From: Candidatus Binatia bacterium
GTDB taxonomy: Bacteria > Desulfobacterota > Binatia > UBA9968 > CAXXLF01
DNA: 64,000 nucleotides
Assembly (NCBI GenBank): GCA_963664015.2
Contig: CAXXLF010000001.1
Coordinates: 1,120,001 to 1,184,000 of the forward strand
Direction of reading: 5' to 3'
A program made the translations under genes and the position numbers. The notes under the pieces are model-generated. The model was not told the origin of the DNA. It worked only from the letters and a program-made list of their open reading frames with translations, and searched no databases. Positions 60,901 through 64,000 of this stretch are shown here, piece after piece (positions within the stretch are counted from its first letter, which is position 1; each line of letters begins with the position of its first letter).

Positions 60901-62163
60901 TTACCGGAGCATGGCCGGAATGATTTCTCCACTGATGAGATCCTCCAGCGTCTCCCGGCTCCGAATGATGTGAAAGTTTTGATCGTCAACCAGGACCTCG
61001 GCAACCTTGGGCCTTGAGTTGTAGTTGGAGGCCATTGTGAATCCGTAGGCCCCGGCCCCCATGATCGCGAGGAGGTCGCCCGGCATGGGTCTTTGTATCT
61101 CCCTATCTTTGGCGAAAAAATCACCGCTCTCACAGATAGGCCCCACAACATCGGCAACGATACCATCCCCTTTGGACTGGCGGTCGATGACCGGACTCAC
61201 GGTTTGGTGTGACCCGTAAAGAGCGGGCCGGATTAGATCGTTCATCGCTCCATCAACCACGACAAAGTTTTTCTCGCTGGTCTCCTTGAGGTAGAGCACT
61301 TCAGTGACCAGGATGCCGGCGTTACCTGCGATCACTCGGCCGGGCTCGAGAATCAGTGTGGCATCCAATCCTTTAAGGCTGCCCAAGATGGCCTCGGCGT
61401 ATTCCTTTGGAAGCGGAGGTTCCTCGTCCTCATAACGGATACCCAGGCCACCGCCCAGATCCAAGTACTGAATTTTAGCCCCTGCTTTGTTCAGGGTTTC
61501 GACCAATCCCCTGACCCTCGCCATAGCGTCGACAAACGGTGTAACCGAAGTGAGTTGGGAGCCAATGTGGCAGTCTACACCGATAACGTCCAGGTGGCTG
61601 AGAGAGAGTGCCCTTTTGTACTGGTCCACCGAGCGTTTGATGTCGATTCCGAATTTGCTCTTTTTCATTCCAGTGGAGATATAAGGATGGGTCTGCGGGT
61701 CCACATCCGGATTCACCCGAAAGCTGATGGGGGCCTTTTTCCCAACCTTCGCCGCAACCTCGTTGATCACGTCGAGTTCTGGTTCCGACTCGACGTTGAA
61801 CATCAGGATCCCCGATTTCAAGGCGTACTCGATTTCCTGGCGGTTCTTACCGACGCCTGAAAAGACAACCTTCCTTGGATCCGCCCCTGCCTTGAGCACA
61901 CGAAAAAGTTCACCGCCGGATACGATATCGAAGCCTGACCCTTCCTTGACGAAGGCGCGGAGCACCGCAAGGTTGGAATTGGCCTTGACGGAAAAACAGA
62001 CGATATGAGCCGACTGGCCAAAGGCCTCATCGAAGACCCGGTAATGCCGCCGCAACGTGGCCAGACTGTAAATATAGGCAGGGGTGCCCACCTCCCGGGC
62101 AATTCGCTGGACAGGGACCCCCTCAGCATAAAGCTTACCGCTTCGGTACTCAAAATAATCCAT
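60901..62163 (-). CDS. lysA: Diaminopimelate decarboxylase
   Basis: SVKANSN, FSGVGK, HIGSQ, EPGR, GPICESGD, MASNYN. Confidence 0.98.
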   Translation of the reverse strand: MDYFEYRSGKLYAEGVPVQRIAREVGTPAYIYSLATLRRHYRVFDEAFGQSAHIVCFSVKANSNLAVLRAFVKEGSGFDIVSGGELFRVLKAGADPRKVVFSGVGKNRQEIEYALKSGILMFNVESEPELDVINEVAAKVGKKAPISFRVNPDVDPQTHPYISTGMKKSKFGIDIKRSVDQYKRALSLSHLDVIGVDCHIGSQLTSVTPFVDAMARVRGLVETLNKAGAKIQYLDLGGGLGIRYEDEEPPLPKEYAEAILGSLKGLDATLILEPGRVIAGNAGILVTEVLYLKETSEKNFVVVDGAMNDLIRPALYGSHQTVSPVIDRQSKGDGIVADVVGPICESGDFFAKDREIQRPMPGDLLAIMGAGAYGFTMASNYNSRPKVAEVLVDDQNFHIIRSRETLEDLISGEIIPAMLR

Positions 62164-62657
62164 CAGGGCCTCCAGACCATTGTAACCTCGTTGGACGGCT
62201 GGCTGAGCGAGCCATCGACGAGACGGGAAAAGACTCGGTAAAGATACGTTGCCTGCGGGGTCAGCTGTTGGTCCACCAGGCGGAACTTATCCTTTTTGAC
62301 AAAACGCTCCTGGTCGTCGATCAGGATTGTTGCCCTTTCCCGATAGGGCACCTGACAATCGGGACAAGTGGGAGAGAACTCCTTTCGGAAAATCACGAAG
62401 GCCTCCAGATCACGGAGCCGTTGCCCATCTATGTAGTGGGTCGGTCGGCCCCAGGTGAGAACGATCCCGGTGCTCCCGGCCGTGACATTGAGATTCTTGA
62501 TGACCTGGGGCACGGCCAGCTCCGGCGCCCGCGGCGCACCCTTTTTGCCACAGGAGCTTCCCCCAATCAAAACAACGAATAGTGCAACGAAACCGACAGA
62601 GATATGAGACAGAGAACGCCCCCAACCCCTGTTTACCCTGTTTCTCTTTTTTCCCAT
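62163..62657 (-). CDS. Putative lipoprotein (LptM/LppL-like N-terminus plus a fibronectin-III-like region)
   Basis: Basic N-region, hydrophobic stretch, SSC-GKKGAP; GIVLTW...YLYRVFS...SQPSNEV. Confidence 0.7.
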   Translation of the reverse strand: MGKKRNRVNRGWGRSLSHISVGFVALFVVLIGGSSCGKKGAPRAPELAVPQVIKNLNVTAGSTGIVLTWGRPTHYIDGQRLRDLEAFVIFRKEFSPTCPDCQVPYRERATILIDDQERFVKKDKFRLVDQQLTPQATYLYRVFSRLVDGSLSQPSNEVTMVWRP

Positions 62658-62678
62658 TGCCACTTTCACGCTCTTTAT

Positions 62679-62790
62679 ATCCTCAATCTTCGATCTTCGA
62701 TCTTCGATTTTCTATCTTCGTTTTTTTCTCTATCTCTGCCTATCTTTCCCTGTCCCTGTCTGTCTCTGCCTATTTGATCTCTGTCTCCCC
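62679..62790. repeat. Heptamer tandem array (ATCTTCG)-like x6 plus a pyrimidine-rich low-complexity repeat
   Basis: ATCCTCA ATCTTCG ATCTTCG ATCTTCG ATTTTCT ATCTTCG at 62679-62720; TCTCTGCCTAT twice in 62727-62790. Confidence 0.85.
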
Positions 62791-62792
62791 AT

Positions 62793-64000
62793 TTAAACCC
62801 CCATCTCTTTGAGCCGCCGCCGCACATTGGCCGAGGCAGTCCCACCGGGCGCACGGCGTCGTTCAACCATCGCCTCAGGAGCGAGATAACGATAGACGTC
62901 TTTTTCGATCCGGGGGCAGAAGTGTTTTAGCTCTTTAAGGGAAAGCTGCTCGATTCTCTGCCCTGAGTCAAGGCAGTGACGTACCAATCGGCCCACGATC
63001 CCATGGGCGATCCGAAAGCTCACCCCATGTCGCACCAGGTAATCGGCTAGATCCGTGGCGTTCATATAACCGCCAGAAGCCGCTGCCAGCATCCGGCCTT
63101 TGTTAACCTTGATCTGGCCCATCAGCTCCCCAAGGATTCCCAGGCTTGCCTTGACCGTATCCACCGTATCGAAGAGCGGTATTTTGTCCTCCTGGAGGTC
63201 GCGGTTATAGGCCAGCGGCAGGCCCTTCATAACCGTGAGCAGGGCGTGGAGATGACCATAGACCCGCCCCGTTCGGCCGCGAATCAACTCGGGCACATCC
63301 GGGTTTTTTTTCTGCGGCATCATGGAGCTGCCCGTACAGTAACCGTCCGGTAGCTCAATGAAACCGAACTCCTCGCTGGACCAGAGGACCAGTTCCTCGG
63401 CAAGTCGGCTCAAGTGAACAAAGAGGATCGCTGACAGGGCGAGGAACTCCAATATAAAGTCGCGATCGCTCACCGCGTCGATACTATTTTTCGCCAGCCG
63501 CGGAAAACCCAACAGCCGTGCCACGTAGGCCCGATCGATGGGAAAGGTCGTCCCGGCCAGGGCCCCGGAGCCCAGCGGAAGGACATTGACCCGGCGGACG
63601 CAATCGGCAACACGGTCCAGGTCCCGTTCGAGCATCTCGGCGTAGGCCAGCAGGTGATGTGAGAAGAGGACGGGCTGGGCACGCTGGAGATGCGTGTATC
63701 CAGGCATAATGACGCCTAGATTCCGCTTGGCAGCGCGCGCCAGCTCCTTTTTGAGACTGGTCATAGCCTGGCCGATGACCGCGAGCTCTTCCCTCAGGTA
63801 GAGGCGCGTATCCAACGTCACCTGATCGTTACGGCTTCGAGCCGTGTGGAGTTTACCACCGGTGGCGCCGATCTTTTGCACCAGCCGTCGCTCGATGTTC
63901 ATGTGGATGTCCTCGTCAGCGGTCGAGAAGTGAGCGGCGCCTCTGGCAATTTCCTTCTCGATCAGCTGGAGGCCCCGGACGATCTTCTTCCCTTCCGCCG
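62793..64000 (-). CDS. argH: Argininosuccinate lyase (5' end outside the window)
   Basis: EDIHMNIE, HTARSRNDQ, PGYTHLQRAQP, GSSMMPQKKNPD; the frame is open to the window edge. Confidence 0.98.
   Translation of the reverse strand, partial: AEGKKIVRGLQLIEKEIARGAAHFSTADEDIHMNIERRLVQKIGATGGKLHTARSRNDQVTLDTRLYLREELAVIGQAMTSLKKELARAAKRNLGVIMPGYTHLQRAQPVLFSHHLLAYAEMLERDLDRVADCVRRVNVLPLGSGALAGTTFPIDRAYVARLLGFPRLAKNSIDAVSDRDFILEFLALSAILFVHLSRLAEELVLWSSEEFGFIELPDGYCTGSSMMPQKKNPDVPELIRGRTGRVYGHLHALLTVMKGLPLAYNRDLQEDKIPLFDTVDTVKASLGILGELMGQIKVNKGRMLAAASGGYMNATDLADYLVRHGVSFRIAHGIVGRLVRHCLDSGQRIEQLSLKELKHFCPRIEKDVYRYLAPEAMVERRRAPGGTASANVRRRLKEMGV

Noticed and set aside
668-61860. Many long antisense or alternate-frame ORFs (e.g. 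668-1480, 6053-6826, 13879-14664, 18741-19835, 27547-28380, 57038-57772)
   Set aside because: They are shadows of well-supported genes on the opposite strand, expected at this GC content, and carry no motifs of their own.

Overview
Bacterial chromosomal window with deltaproteobacterial-like gene order (possibly Binatia; this is inference). It is mostly intact housekeeping genes on the minus strand: purB-purC-purS-purQ-purL-purF; rimP-nusA-ylxR-infB-DUF503-rbfA-truB-rpsO-pnp-M16 peptidase-dut; dnaB; pckG; queF; rmuC; citrate synthase; and argH-lipoprotein-lysA-dapF-dapA-dapB. On the plus strand are ntrB-ntrC-thiE, aguB-aguA and several enzymes and transporters. No rRNA, complete tRNA, CRISPR array or intact transposase was found. 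Four things stand out. (1) A b6f-like split Rieske/cytochrome b operon carrying two small membrane ORFs, a coiled-coil octaheme cytochrome c and an amicyanin-loop cupredoxin-like protein, followed by an FNR-type flavoprotein. (2) Five pseudogenes among intact core genes: a two-domain LPS kinase, a lipid A acyltransferase, a CPA2 antiporter, a PPi-PFK and DUF167. (3) A family of modular, order-shuffled intergenic repeats, plus heptamer-built elements. (4) An extended LptM/LppL-like lipoprotein in argH-lysA synteny. All calls come from manual motif reading; no database searches were run.
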